A stretch of DNA of 64,000 nt from Eledone cirrhosa (taxonomy: Eukaryota). The DNA lies in the NCBI GenBank assembly GCA_964016885.1, contig OZ024743.1, forward strand, positions 121,458,001 through 121,522,000. Reading direction: 5' to 3'. A program made the position numbers and the translations under genes. The notes below the pieces were generated by a model. That model was given only the letters and a program-made list of their open reading frames with translations. It had not been told where the DNA came from and did not search any database. Below, piece after piece: positions 46,228 through 59,471 of this stretch (position 1 is the stretch's first letter; every line of letters starts with the position of its first letter).

Positions 46228-46641
46228 TACCCACTCTACTACCCTAAGTATTGAGTACTCTGGTGCGTTATGGTGCATCTTGTTCCTTACCACACCTCCT
46301 TCGTTATATATATATATGTGTGTGTGTATATATATATGTATGTATAATATATGTATATGTATAGATATATGCATGCATATATATATATATCTATACATAT
46401 ACATATCATCCAAAACTGTTAAATCTATAAGACATATATATATATATATATATATATAGTATTAATGTTGACCCACAATATTTGTATCTGTATGTCTCTT
46501 GGGTGAAAAGGAGGTCATATAAGTGTTCATTCAATAATGAATTGCTCCGAAGAATCCAAACCTCGATTTGGAGGAAACAGTTGTAAGCATAAAAATGTTT
46601 TGAACAGTTCTTTGATTCTTATAATTCATATATATATATAT

Positions 46642-46992
46642 AGTTACGTCCCTTTACGATCTGAGTTCAAATCCCGCCGAGGTTGACTTTGCCTTTCATC
46701 CTTACGGGGTCGATAAAATAAAGTACCAGTAATGCACTGGGTAATTGCTGGCCTTGTGCCTAAAGTAGAAACAATTAATTAGTAGTAGCCCTAAAGTACC
46801 AGTAATGCACTGGATAATTGCTGGCCTTGTGCCTAAAGTAGAAACAATTAATTAGTAGTAGCCCTAGTTAACCGCCGAGGTTAACTTTGCCTTTCATCCT
46901 TACGGGGTCGATAAAATAAAGTTCCAGTAATGTACTGGGTAATTGCTGGCCTTGTGCCTAAAAATAGAAACAATTAATTAGTAGTAGCCCTA
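46642..46992 (+). mobile_element. SINE family A with tandemly triplicated 3' portion
   Basis: ...gaaacaattaattagtagtagcccta repeated three times. Confidence 0.85.
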
Positions 46993-47099
46993 TAACAACA
47001 TGGTTCGTAGTAAAGGCGTATTAGTCAAAAATTCCTTTAGTCAAAAATACGGTGAAAGCTATTCTATTTTCTAATTTCAAACCTGCTCACTGTTTCAAA

Positions 47100-47154
<55 letters not shown>

Positions 47155-47303
47155 TATAAAGAAAAAGAGATGAAATCGAAAAAATAAGATGAAATTTAAA
47201 AAAATAAGACTCCAGTTGCATTTTCGATTTCATCTCTTTTTCTTTATACTTTCACTCGTGTAGGACACCTCGGTTATTTTTCATTTTGTAAAAAAAACCT
47301 CAC

Positions 47304-47335
<32 letters not shown>

Positions 47336-47573
47336 GCAAGAAGCAAAGAAAAGTTCAATGATACGAAAGATTTCCTGGTTGAAGTTCAGGTGTACTCCGG
47401 GTTGGTATCCAGTTTCGGGGTGAAAATCAAATTAGAAAATCCAACGAATTTTGAGAGGTCCACGTAACCGTTGAGAGATGTCATGAATAGACCTATTATT
47501 TTTTTCTAAAGACATTTTTTTCCCATTCCAAACCACCCGTCCCCTCAATCTATCTTATTTCTCATTCTTTCTG

Positions 47574-47601
47574 CTGATGAAGGACTAGCGTCCGAAACGT
47601 C
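47574..47601 (+). ncRNA. Minimal hammerhead motif (family H3)
   Basis: CTGATGA-a-GGAC(tagc)GTCC-GAAA-CGTC. Confidence 0.6.
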
Positions 47602-47689
47602 AAGACCCTCTTCCTGCTATATCAAGCGTTAACCTAATACATCCCTTCCATATACTGTACCGCTTGTGTTGTTATTTCTGTTTACCTTT

Positions 47690-47730
<41 letters not shown>

Positions 47731-48274
47731 CGCGCACACACGAAAACAAACATACACAAGCATAATTTCTTATCTCATTCCAAATGAGCTCCATGTATTT
47801 TTACAGTTTTACAGGCAATATTTTTTTTTAAACATTTCTCCCGAAAAATTACTTTAGATAGTCGATAACTTACATATTTCCCATATATCTTCGCACCTCT
47901 CCTTCAGCCTTTGTAATCTTTTACCATATATTTTACGATAGCATATATGGTGTTTTCAGTTACGAAGCGTTAGAACAATTTTGCTATACTTCTAAGATTA
48001 AGGCGACTGTTAAAATATATTAATCTTGCGCCCGCAACTGATGCGTGAAAAATGAAAAGAAGCGAAACGAATTTTATTAAATAAAATTCTATTACATTAG
48101 CACAAAGACAAAGAACAATGAATTTACAGCATCTTTGAAAATAGCGACATAATTTTCGCCCCATTAGACTGCTTAGTGATATTTATTAGCCAAACATGAA
48201 TCAGACAGAATATTTTTTAAAATTCCATCAAATATTTACATTAAATATAACATGGGTGAAATGAAAAGACTATA

Positions 48275-48280
48275 TTTATT
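48275..48280 (-). terminator. Candidate polyadenylation signal of the iGluR gene
   Basis: AATAAA on the - strand shortly after the predicted stop. The motif is common in AT-rich DNA. Confidence 0.35.
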
Positions 48281-48354
48281 GTTGTTGGCTTTTCAAGTAA
48301 GCTTCCATCATTGTTTGCATTTAATAGTTTCAACTGAGATGTCTAGTTACCCAG

Positions 48355-48426
48355 TTATAAGAATCTTTCTTCGTTGAATTCTAACTCCTTTTCCTTTAGC
48401 TGACTTTCGTAAAATTTTGGCTTAGT
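48355..48426 (-). CDS. iGluR family subunit, terminal coding exon (TKPKFYESQLKEKELEFNEERFL*)
   Basis: Strong poly-T acceptor (tttttttttactttcag), phase 0, ends in TAA, with AATAAA ~75 nt downstream. Confidence 0.7.
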   Translation of the reverse strand, partial: TKPKFYESQLKEKELEFNEERFL

Positions 48427-49112
48427 CTGAAAGTAAAAAAAAAAAAATAAAAAACATTAAGTGAAAATTTATAGATATTACAATAGTGAAATTAGTTTAT
48501 ATAAGGGTGAAAGCAGCCATTCTTTGCTTAAACTTTAATCTGTTATTTTAATAAATATATATATATATGTGTGTGTGTGTATTAGAAAGCTGGGTGTTTT
48601 TTATTCCTGTGTTTAAACTACAGTCTATAGTTATATAAGATTCATCTTTATTTTCTCTTGAAAGAGATAATCATTCGGCGATCTAAATAAAGTATTCCTC
48701 GGTCAACAAATAAAATTAGAGACCGGAAAGATCTCATTTTTCGAGTCTAATGAAATATAGAAATTGCTTTTAATAATAAATCAGTAAAATAATAATAATA
48801 ATTCAGTTTAATAATAAATCAGTAAAATGTTTGGATCATTTTTATCAGGGGTGAATGAAGAATGCTGCACTGATCATGTCTGTCTGTTACTATTAATTAT
48901 CTTTCAAATTGTTTCAGTTACTTTAAAGAAACGGAAGAAAATGTTAAACGAGAAAGCTGCGAAATAGCTTAATGAAACAATAGATACATAGGTAGATATA
49001 ACGATGAGCAAAAAGGATTTTAACGGATCAATATATTGATAAAGAAATGCTTGAGTTTGCAATTGGAAGTATAGTCGACTGAATTTTTTAATAGAAAAAA
49101 TATTCATATTAC

Positions 49113-49293
49113 CTTACAATGATTCTGAATGTAAAGATGAATTTGCCGCAGTATTTCAAAGAGAGCTGCAAGTACTGCACTAGCTGCCATGACAATAAAT
49201 AAACCCATCATATCTCGGAATTTTAACGCTGAGTTCTCTTTCATTTTCATTAAATCTTTTTTGGATTGATCACCACATTTTCCAGACAGCCAG
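49113..49293 (-). CDS. iGluR family subunit, M4 exon (SWLSGKCGDQSKKDLMKMKENSALKFRDMMGLFIVMAASAVLAALFEILRQIHLYIQNHCK)
   Basis: AG/GT bounded and compatible with the phase-2 end of the previous exon. Contains W..GKC and the 'SAL....GLFIV' M4 helix. Confidence 0.9.
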
Positions 49294-49377
49294 CTAAGTA
49301 AGTTTTAAACAAAGGTTATTGATATGCCACAGGTACTAAAAAGACTATATCACTAATCAAGACTAATCAAATATCAA

Positions 49378-49586
49378 TGGTTTCTTATTTAGGGACAAAC
49401 CAACAATTTGGGGGAAAGAGAAAGTCGATTAAATCGACCCCAGTGCATTATTGGTACTTTATTTCATCGACCCTGTAAGGGTGAAAGGCATTGCTAACCT
49501 TGGCATGATTTGATCTCAGTAAAGGTCCATAACTCTATGTCGCTAAACATGTTGTCCGACGTTCTAGCGATCCTGCCAATCCACCA
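49378..49586 (-). mobile_element. SINE family A
   Basis: Diverged family match. Confidence 0.8.
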
Positions 49587-49944
49587 ACGTCAGATAATAT
49601 TGTCACAAATAGGATATAGTGTTTTGCAGAATAGTCAGAATTCATATTATAAAGAAATCTAAAATATTAACAAATCTCTATAAATTAGATCAATGTTCAA
49701 TTTTTTTTTGTTTTCTAGAAAATTTATTCTTTTATAATCATATATTGACGGACTATCATCATTTCATCATTTCATTTTTACGTCCTCTTTTTCCCTGCTT
49801 GCAAGGGTGGGACGGGAACTGATTGTGGCTTGATGTCTACAGCTGGATGCCCTTCCTAACACCAACCTCATTTACAGTGAGTGCTGGGTGCTTTTTTGCC
49901 GTGGCGCCTCCACATCCACTTTGCAGTGGAATGATATGGACCCC

Positions 49945-50098
49945 AGTCCCTATCATCTCATTTCTACAGCTGAGTAAACTGGAGCAATGTGAAATTAAGT
50001 GTCTTGCTCAAGGAAACAACACATCACCCGGTCTGAGAATTGAACTCACAACCTTTCGATTGCAAGGCCAATGCTCTAACCACTAAGCCATGTGCCTC
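49945..50098 (-). mobile_element. Second tRNA-derived SINE family (B); a related copy at ~25430-25535 (+)
   Basis: tRNA-like head TGGCTTAGTGG...GAGTTCAATTC and shared gcaagacactt.atttcac.ttgctcc core. Confidence 0.75.
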
Positions 50099-50222
50099 CA
50101 TCTATATAAATATATATAAATATATATTAATTATATGCTTTGATATTTCTTTTAAATAACCTTCTGAAAATATATTAATGCAATCCTTGCCAAAATAATA
50201 TGATACATTTTATTTCGTATTA

Positions 50223-50520
50223 TTGCCTTTCATCCTTATGGGGTGGGTAAAATAAAGTACCAGTCACGCACTGAGGTAAATTTAATCGACTTTCCCCTCC
50301 TCCCAAATTGCAGGCCTTGTGCCTATATAGGAGACCATTATTGTGTGTACAATTTTCGCGTTTTGCAAACAAAAATGAGAAAATATAATTGTTTCTACTT
50401 TTGGCACAAGGCCAGCAATTTCCCATAAGGATGAAAGGCAGGGTTTGAACTCAGAACGTAAAGGGAAATAACTCCATGTTGCAAAGCATTGTGTCTGACG
50501 CTCTACCGATACTGCCAATC
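50223..50520. mobile_element. Two SINE family A copies, tail to tail (+ then -)
   Basis: Family core in opposite orientations ~45 bp apart. Confidence 0.8.
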
Positions 50521-50596
50521 AACCAATTGACAAAATAAATTCGTTATATATTCGTTCAAAATTATAGTTTTTTTTTTTATATTGGCTTTTAACATA

Positions 50597-50763
50597 CCGT
50601 ATTTACCGGCGCTGAAGGCGCTTCATCCTCGAGGACGCACCTCAATTTTAACAACCAAACATTTGATAATAATGATAAACAACCTTCGGCCTCCAGGACG
50701 CGTGGTAGATTTTTGAGACTTATTTTAGGAAAAAAATAGCGTCTTCGATGCCGTGAAATACGG
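50597..50763. mobile_element. pogo/Tigger-type MITE
   Basis: TA-CCGTATTT...AAATACGG-TA termini with extended imperfect TIRs. Confidence 0.8.
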
Positions 50764-51444
50764 TAATTATTTTATCACAACTTGCTGTTGATGTAGAAGT
50801 ACCGAAAATAGGAAAGAGCGAAAGCAAATTTTAAACAGCATTTAATTTCATATATCTTGACGTTGTGTTCAAATTCAGCCATTCCAGGAAAAAATAAATT
50901 TTAGGCGGATACAAAAGTTAAATACCAGAAAGTATAGCAGAATCCTGGGATGCTGAGATATTCTATTAGCACTGGCAGAAGCTCATCTAACTACAATTTT
51001 CCTTTCAGCTAAATATATAGGCTTCTCTCTTATGGGATTAAGAATAACCAGAAGTGAATAAAATGTGGTGTGGTAAATAAATATATACATATACACCAGG
51101 TCCGTACAAAATATAGCCAAACTCCCACTGTCACTGCCTCCGTCTCTCCCGCTCTCTCCTTTGTGAAAACGATACCAACATGAGAAGAACGAGCAGTTAG
51201 AAGCCCCTTACTATACATCTAACTATATTTACTTTCTAAATATTAATTCCAACGCGTTTGACTTTACCATCAGGATTCGTTAAAATAAATACCATTAATA
51301 TAGAGAAGCTGAGTTGATTGGATTGGATTTGATTGGATTTATAAGAATATAAGAGCCCTGAAGTTGCCACAGTAAAATAGAGTCGAATTATGATAGCTCA
51401 TGATTTCATATGTACACTCTTCTATATACGACTTTACACTCTTC

Positions 51445-51876
51445 TATATACTTTTTGTATGCCTGTGAGTCTTGGACAATAACAGCAGATTCGAGAGAAG
51501 AATACAGGCTATGGAGATGAGATGCTTCTGAAAGCTCCTTGGCATCACCTACAGAGACCGAATATCCAATGAAGAGGTGTGAAACAGAATCTGGCAAGCC
51601 ATCAGGCGCTCCGAAGACTTGCTGACCGTTGAGATGGTACGGGCACGTGACAAGATCTTTAGGACTTGCCAAGACTGTCCTGCAGGGAACAGTACAAGGA
51701 GGAAGGAAGAGAGGCAGACAGAGAAAGAGATGAGAGGACAATATCTCGGAATGGACAGGCTTGAAACTGGGTGCAACCATGAGGAAGGCGGAGAGACGAG
51801 AGGAATGGAAGGTTACCGAGTCATCTGTGGCGCTCCCAACGAGTCACCAGACTACGGGACAGATAAGATAAGAAGA
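51445..51876 (+). mobile_element. RTE-clade LINE 3' fragment
   Basis: LYACESWT, MEMRC, WYGHVTRS, KTVLQGTVQGGRKRGRQ in shifting frames, with a short (GATAA) tail. Confidence 0.85.
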
Positions 51877-52707
51877 TATACGACTTTATCTTTTTCCATT
51901 GTGCTAACAAAATACATTCTAAATACAAGGATATTGTTAATCAGTTGTAGCATTAAGATGTACAAGTAATTATATATAGCTATTGTATTGCTAAACTCAA
52001 CTCTTATGCAATTTAAGTTGCTATTATGTATAAGTAGCTAGTGGAATAAGTCGCTACTTTTAGAACTGGCAGCAATTCTCTTTGATTCTAAACAAGGTCT
52101 TTGTTTACTTCAAATCATTAAACGATTGCAATGTCAAACAACTAGTTCACTAGTCTCCTCCGTGACAAAACAATATTCGAGAAGTGTTACAAAATACTTA
52201 CATCCTTCAATTAAAACTATAGAAGTGAGTAACTGATTCAAAATAAAACTGACATTTTTGCTTCATCGAACGTTAGAAAAATATAAATAGTTGACTAGGT
52301 GTTAAGGAATAATCTATGAAAACTAAAAATAATTATGCAGTGAGGAAAAAACATTATTAAACAATAATTTCAGCAAGTCCAGAAGACAACTCTCGTCATG
52401 TTTCGGTCTTATTAAACCATTTCAATGAAGCATAGGCATAGATAAACAAAGCATCGTAATATTTTCATCAAGATTAGAAATATCACAAACTAAATTCCAA
52501 ATCTATTTTTAAGTGTTCTTTGTTCAAATTTGAACTTCTATTGTAAGAAGACAGAAAACAGTAAGCTATCAATAATAAGCTACTATTTTCTTGTATCAGC
52601 TCACAGAAGGAGAATATCTATACTATTAAAGATAAACGTCACATTTCGTCACATTTTCTCTATTACCAGTAAGTGGAAAACGAAATTTACAGCTGAAAGT
52701 TTATAAT

Positions 52708-52849
52708 TTGTTTCTTCTTTTGGCACAAGGCCAGCAATTACCCAGTGCATTATTGGTACTTTATTTTATCGACCCTGTAAGGATGAAAGGGAAAGTTAAC
52801 CTCGACGGGATTTGAACTCATCGAGGTTAACTTTGCCTTTCATCCTTAC
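52708..52849 (-). mobile_element. SINE family A with inverted 5' segment and 16-bp TSD
   Basis: gctgaaagtttataat at 52692-52707 and 52850-52865; 52821-52849 is in the opposite orientation. Confidence 0.85.
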
Positions 52850-53063
52850 GCTGAAAGTTTATAATGTAATTCCTTGTGATTTGATATTTGTTGCAGGGAG
52901 TTTTCATAATTTTAACTTCTGTAATTTGTATTACCATCAGTTGGATATTAATCAGTATGTATAATTCATTTTCCATGAACTGAAGATAACTTTTCAATTC
53001 GAATATGCTCATAAAATTAACAAAAACATTGATGGAAATTGAAGCAATTTCCGAAAAATTTAC

Positions 53064-53308
53064 CTGCGTTTTAATGAATCCAGTTCACCATTTTCTTTCA
53101 GTTCTAACAAAATTCGATTAATTTCTTCCCGATAAGGAGCGCCTTTAGGGAATGCGAAAGCATATGTTTTTTCTTCTATTGGTTGTGTGTGAGACTCAAG
53201 TTCACAATGCTTGCTCGCATAATACTCATTAACAATTTGGTCATTTATTAAGGCAAAATTAGTTTCTCGAACCTTCTTGATTGCATCTTCTATTCTGTCA
53301 ATTATTAA
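53064..53308 (-). CDS. iGluR family subunit, S2 exon (LIIDRIEDAIKKVRETNFALIND...YAFAFPKGAPYREEINRILLELKENGELDSLKR)
   Basis: Pyrimidine-rich acceptor (tctcttctatctaccag) and donor GTAAA. The motif Y-x-x-A-x-P-K-G-x-P-Y-R...ILxLxExGxL is typical of kainate/AMPA/IR S2 domains. Confidence 0.92.
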
Positions 53309-54067
53309 CTGGTAGATAGAAGAGATAGTTATCATTCAAATAAATAATGTAACTATATTTATAATTAAATCGAATCCATCTCGGTCTATAACTGAAATTA
53401 AATTTTGTTTTACATTGTTACAAGTAATCTAGTTTATAGTGAACAGATAATCAGATTGGGTAACATTTATATCTTTATACGGAATTTTAACAACGTACGT
53501 AATGTTAAATAGAGATGGGAGTTAAAACAATTACGTTGCTCAATATGCAATATTTGGTTTCTTTTGACTAGGCACAATATCCTGTATTTTATGTATAGAA
53601 TGTTATTTGTTATATTTACGCTTTTCTCAACTACGTGAAATATTAATTGTATAAGTATGAAAAACGAAAATTTGAAGCAGCTATAACAACATTTTGATAA
53701 GTTATAATCTCAGTACAAAATATATTAATGCATTATTTAAAACATATAATTGCTGTTTGCACAAGTTAGCAACCTGAAGGTAAAGTGGAGATACATTTCC
53801 TGTATTAATTCCAGCAAAATACAAACATTACTGCATTATTATTTTGTCCAGTGAAACATAAACGTATCAATTCTACAATAGTGACATTTTTGTATTCTTA
53901 GAAACGTCTGTTATGATAACAGCTTCTTCTGTGAAGGTCTTGCTATTATGAGCCATATATCCAGGTTTACATTTGTACATAGCTATGTGAGTGGTGTATT
54001 TATGCGTGTGTGTGTAAATGTGCATATGACATACATATTAATTTGTATACTTAAATTGAAATATTAC

Positions 54068-54169
54068 CTCATTGGTGCACATCTGAAGCCACATTCTCTC
54101 ATATGGGTCTTTCTGACTCTGTTGGAAGAAATCTTTGAGATCACTGTTTTTTAGGATTCCATATTTGTA
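54068..54169 (-). CDS. Ionotropic glutamate receptor family subunit, S2 exon (YKYGILKNSDLKDFFQQSQKDPYERMWLQMCTNE)
   Basis: 102-bp phase-0/0 exon bounded by AG and GTAAT. The translation matches the iGluR S2 pattern 'KYG...S...FF..S....Y..MW' and joins in frame to the 53308 exon. Confidence 0.85.
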
Positions 54170-54208
54170 CTACAATATATATATATATAGATAGATAGAT
54201 ATAAATAA

Positions 54209-54358
<150 letters not shown>

Positions 54359-54423
54359 AAATATATATATATATGTATATATTTAATGTATAGTAAACAA
54401 CACAGTATAATTACCTCAATAAT

Positions 54424-54499
54424 ATTGCCTTATCTGACGAACGAATGCGGACGTCTCTTGTGTTCGTCCTGTTCTGGAAACCTCGGGTAATGAGGTAAT
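54424..54499 (+). ncRNA. Type I hammerhead ribozyme motif (family H2)
   Basis: attgccttat-CTGACGA-[long stem II with ggacg/cgtcc]-GAAA-CC(tcg)GG-TA-atgaggtaat. Stem I has 10 bp including 2 G-U pairs. Confidence 0.7.
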
Positions 54500-54749
54500 T
54501 ATACTGTGTTGTTTATTATGCATTAAATATTTAGCTCTGTTACTTACATAGAGCACTCTTCATTCCTTTTACTTTTTCTACGGAAACTTCAACACTTATA
54601 TATGTATATATATATATTCCTGATGATTTTTCCCGAATGAAACAGTTCTAGTCCTGTAGAAGCCTTTTCTATATTAAATATTTATACCCTGCTTTGTATT
54701 GAGTACCTTACTTACTGTGGTTACCCCCGATTGAACCCGGGATAACTTA

Positions 54750-54800
<51 letters not shown>

Positions 54801-54805
<5 letters not shown>

Positions 54806-54908
54806 TCAATAACGAAGTATAGCTACAATGTATTATCATCATCTAGAAACGATCGTAAATCAGTGAAGTATATCTCTAATGACTTGATTTTTTATTTCAT
54901 TGTTTTAA

Positions 54909-54950
<42 letters not shown>

Positions 54951-55058
54951 TTAAAACAATGAAATAAAAAATCAAGTCATTAGAGATATACTTCACTGCT
55001 TTACGATCGTTTCTAGATGATGATAATACATTGTAGCTATACTTCGTTATTGATCTAT
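54801..55058. repeat. ~110-bp near-perfect inverted repeat with a (TA)n loop
   Basis: Arms differ at about one position; GAAACGATCGTA at 54846-54857. Confidence 0.92.
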
Positions 55059-55505
55059 GTAAGGTTAGTTACAAAATATCAGATAAAGAGAATATTTACT
55101 TACATGTATATCACCAGCTGCTTTCAAAAGCAATAATAAAATCTTATTCAAAATTACTAGTATGTTAGTATCTTGTCCTTATTTGGAGGTAGTTGAAAAA
55201 CTAACCAATCAAATTGTTTTTTTTTCATATGATGTTAAGATGAAAAGTAATTCACTTTAGTTGGGGTCATAACCCTTTGAAAGGAATGGTTGAATGGTGT
55301 TAATAATAGAATTTCCATTAAAAAAATCTATTAGGAGGAAAGGGATTGTCAAATTTATAGTTGAATGTATCTGGTATAGTGGAGTTTAAAAGGAATGTAA
55401 AAATAAATGATGATTAGTGTTTTATGGAGTTTTTAGGTGAATATAAATTAAGGTCATGGCTAGGAAAGATAGTATATTAAAAGATGAAAATTATAATAAG
55501 ATAAT

Positions 55506-55690
55506 TGTTTCTACTTTAGGCACAAGGCCAGCAATTACCCAGTGCATTACTGGTACTTTATTTTATCGACCCCGTAAGGATGAAAGGCAAAGTCAACCTC
55601 GGCGGGATTTGAATTCAGATCATAAAGGGACGTAACTATGCCGGAAAGCATGGCGTCCGACCCTCTACCGATACTGCCAATCTACCGCCC
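55506..55690 (-). mobile_element. Full-length SINE family A
   Basis: Family match flanked by ttataataagataat. Confidence 0.9.
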
Positions 55691-56559
55691 TAGCCTTATA
55701 ATAAGATAATGAAATACCGCCTTATAATAAGATAATGAAATACAATAATGCAATATTATAATATAACCAACACAATATAGTACGGTGTGGTAAATTGCAC
55801 TTAGTATAATACAGCGTATGATATTCTCTAAAATACTATCAAGTATGTTTATGTATAAATAATCAAACTCAGATAAATACATGTTGACATAGTCAAAACG
55901 CATAAATTTCATAGATCACAAAGTGCATATATCCACATTATATATAGAGAGGTATAGTTACATTGATACTCAACCAAAAATATACATACGCACAAATAGA
56001 TGCAAACACAAATACACATTTACACATGTGCACATAATTATATACACACATATTTATACATATCTATATCTACACATACACACCTATACCCACATATATA
56101 TATATATGTGTGTATGCACACACTCATACATGTACACACATTCATATATAATCACTCATACACATATACTCACATATACACACACACAAACACATATATA
56201 TACACACATACAGACACACACATATATATATATATACATACACACACACATATATATATATATACACACATATATATATATACACACATATATATACACA
56301 CATATATATATATATACACATACACAAATATATTCCCATATCATGCATACATAGATATATATCTACTCATGCAATTATGGGTGGTTGTGTATCTTGTTGC
56401 CTTTAGTCATTAACGCATAAACCTAAGGAAACTAAAACATTAAAAGGTAAAAGATAAGCATGAATGCATATAATTAGGGAAAAGGGGATACTAACAAATG
56501 TTACTCTATATAGAATTATAGTGAGTTGCTATTTAGAATATTTAATTAGGTTTATAGTA

Positions 56560-57540
56560 TTTAAATGTTCTTATACGATGATTACAAACTATAATTTAAT
56601 AAATCGTCCTTAGATTTAATAATTTCCAAGATCTCCCCTGAACATAATCTGCATTCCTCCTGTTCCCAAGATATGGAGTTCTTTGTAGAATGGTGTTCCA
56701 CGATAGTTTGAAATCTATTTTTTTCTTTTTATAATTACTTACTGCTTCAGCTAAAGACGTGGTGTTAGCTAGTTTAGTATTGTTAAAACTACTAGAATGT
56801 GCGTAAAATGTTTTCTTAAATGTGTTTGATGTAGATCCTATATATGTTTTGTTGGAGTCTGTAATGACACAGTGCATTTATATATTACATTATTAATCAA
56901 ACAGTTGCCATTTAAGGGGCAAATGCTTCTATTTCTGCAATGTTGGGGTGCCTATAATATTCTCATTAATCCTTGAGCTATTCCTATTGTAATTAATGTT
57001 ATTAGGAGAATGAAGGTTGCTTTGTGGGTGGTTTGGTGCTAGGGTTGTATTGTGATTTTGTGTTCTGTTGTTTTTGTGTTGGTGATTTGGGTGGTTGTGT
57101 TTTTCAGGTTGAAGGATTGTATTATTTGTCTTTTTAAAAGGTGCATTTAAATTATGTTGTGGTGGTGTAGTCATTTTATCTTTAAGTTTATAAATGTTGT
57201 AGTTGCTTATTTTTTGCTGGAGATTGTTTGATGTAGAGTATGAGAATTTAACAGTATATTTGTTAAATATTTGGTGGTATCTGTGATTTCGTGGAAAATG
57301 TTTATGTAGAATTTCAAAGATTTTGGGGGGATTTGTCCAATAGTTTGCAGGTTGAAGGGTGCGTTGTACCATGTTATGTTTCTTTTGCGGTTTTTAGTTA
57401 AGTTCTTATTACCACTTATATTATTGTGTTGTGTTCTAGAAGAATTCCTATGGTTAGTATCCGTATTTGGTAAATTACCGTGGTTGTATTTGGTGTTATT
57501 ATTGGGTAGATTATGAGAGGTTGAATGTTTGGTAGTCATA
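56560..57540 (-). mobile_element. Second Penelope-like element fragment (RT C-terminus + GIY-YIG), frameshifted
   Basis: KRNITWYNAPFN, HKHFPRNHRYHQIFNKYTVKFSYS, CPLNGNCL, YIGSTSNTFKK...H, CRLC..E. Confidence 0.88.
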
Positions 57541-57559
57541 TATATATATTATATATATA

Positions 57560-57753
<194 letters not shown>

Positions 57754-58040
57754 AATTTGATGATTTATCATTTAATATAGATTAATAGAAAACGGACTTT
57801 ATTTTGAATTGAAATATACATTGTAACTTTACAACTGCTAAACTCGTAGAAACCTTTGGAGAGGTCTTTAGGATATATCATGATTTGCTTTTTTTAAAGA
57901 CAATGTTTGATTTTAATATGATGCGATGATTTCAAATTATATTCAAATGGTTTTGTGATTACGTAAAATAGTTAAAACATAAAACAATTGATATATATTA
58001 CGAAGAAATATTACAAGGGGTCATTATTTTACTCAACATT

Positions 58041-58200
58041 GGATTGGCAGTATCAGTAGAGGGTCGGACGCCATGCTTTGACGCAAAGAGTTACGTCCCT
58101 TTACGATCTGAGTTCAAATTTCGTCGTGGTTAACTTTGCCTTTCATCCTTACAGGGTCGATAAAATAAAGTACCAGTAATGTACCAAAAGTAGAAACAAT
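58041..58200 (+). mobile_element. SINE family A
   Basis: Family match flanked by attattttactc(a/t)acattg. Confidence 0.88.
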
Positions 58201-58539
58201 TATTTTACTCTACATTGAAATATTTTCGAACGATTTGTTTGGCCTTAATATAAATCACATGCAAGTTTTGTAAAAGAACAATTCGAATTGGGACAATTAC
58301 TTATCGATAATAAATCCATAAAGACTTTGGTTATCTCAATTTAGGATGAATCAAATTCTAACGCACACTTCTAAATTACTCACCGATAATTATATATTCC
58401 CATAGTTATACATACATATATCTATACACACACACGCGCACACACACACGCACACACATACTCAGACGCACACATACGCACACACACACGCACACACATA
58501 CACACACGCACGCACACGCACGCACACACACACACACAC

Positions 58540-58582
<43 letters not shown>

Positions 58583-59280
58583 GTAGAATGGAAACGGTAA
58601 AAACCAGTTAGATCATTACTGACCAAAGTACTCGATGCTTGGGATAGTAGAATGGGTAATATGAAAGATTCGGGACCCAGACGGCTGATATCGCCCTCCC
58701 TCAGAATTCCGTTTATTTCTTCCACTATCTGTTGAAATCTAACTACACATAGGCTGTTGTCTGATGCAAGTCACCATAACACAGTTGAAGGGTTTTCCTT
58801 CTGGTAATTTACGACCCCCAGTTCCGTGAGGACGTACGTGAGTCCAGATTCACTAATTGACAGATAGATAGCACTTCGCTCCAGAAAATGTAAACACGAC
58901 GGATGAGAAAGACCCTTTAGGAACTTATATGTCTAGAAGGACGTGTTTTTCTGCCTGCGGCATATCACAAAATCGAATTTCATTTGAGGATACCATTCTC
59001 ATAACAACAACAAAAACATGCTTTACATCTTGGATTGCACGAAAAAACCATTGAAATAATAAATAATTATAATGAATAAACGATTTATGTAATATCAGCA
59101 TCTTTCTTAATGTAATTATTATACTGAATCTCCATCGTAACTACAAACTACGAATGTTGAGAGCTTTCTCCTGCATTTTTCCTGTTTTTACCAAAACAAT
59201 CTCTACTGAACATGTGTGTGTGTGTGTGTGTGTGTGTGTCTATTTCAGAGGAAAAAGTAGTGGTTTTATATATATATATA

Positions 59281-59471
59281 TATTTATTAAAATAACAGAT
59301 TAAAATTTAAGCAAAGAATCGCTGCTTTCACCTTTAACGGAATCTTCCCGTTAAGAGTGAAAGCACCAATTCTTTGCTTAAACTTTAATCTGTTATTTTA
59401 ATAAATATTTGCTCTACGGTTTTATATATATATTTATATATATATATATATAAAACCGTAGAGCAAATATT

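Noticed and set aside
51250-52430. Degenerate hammerhead-like strings on the - strand (~51250-51278 and ~52391-52430)
   Set aside because: Multiple core substitutions; cannot be distinguished from chance without family alignments.
55104-55175. Possible upstream iGluR exon ending at a GTAAGT donor
   Set aside because: The translation (ILLLLLKAAGDIH) has no M3/S2 similarity and an upstream stop. No SYTANLA-type exon was found in the window.
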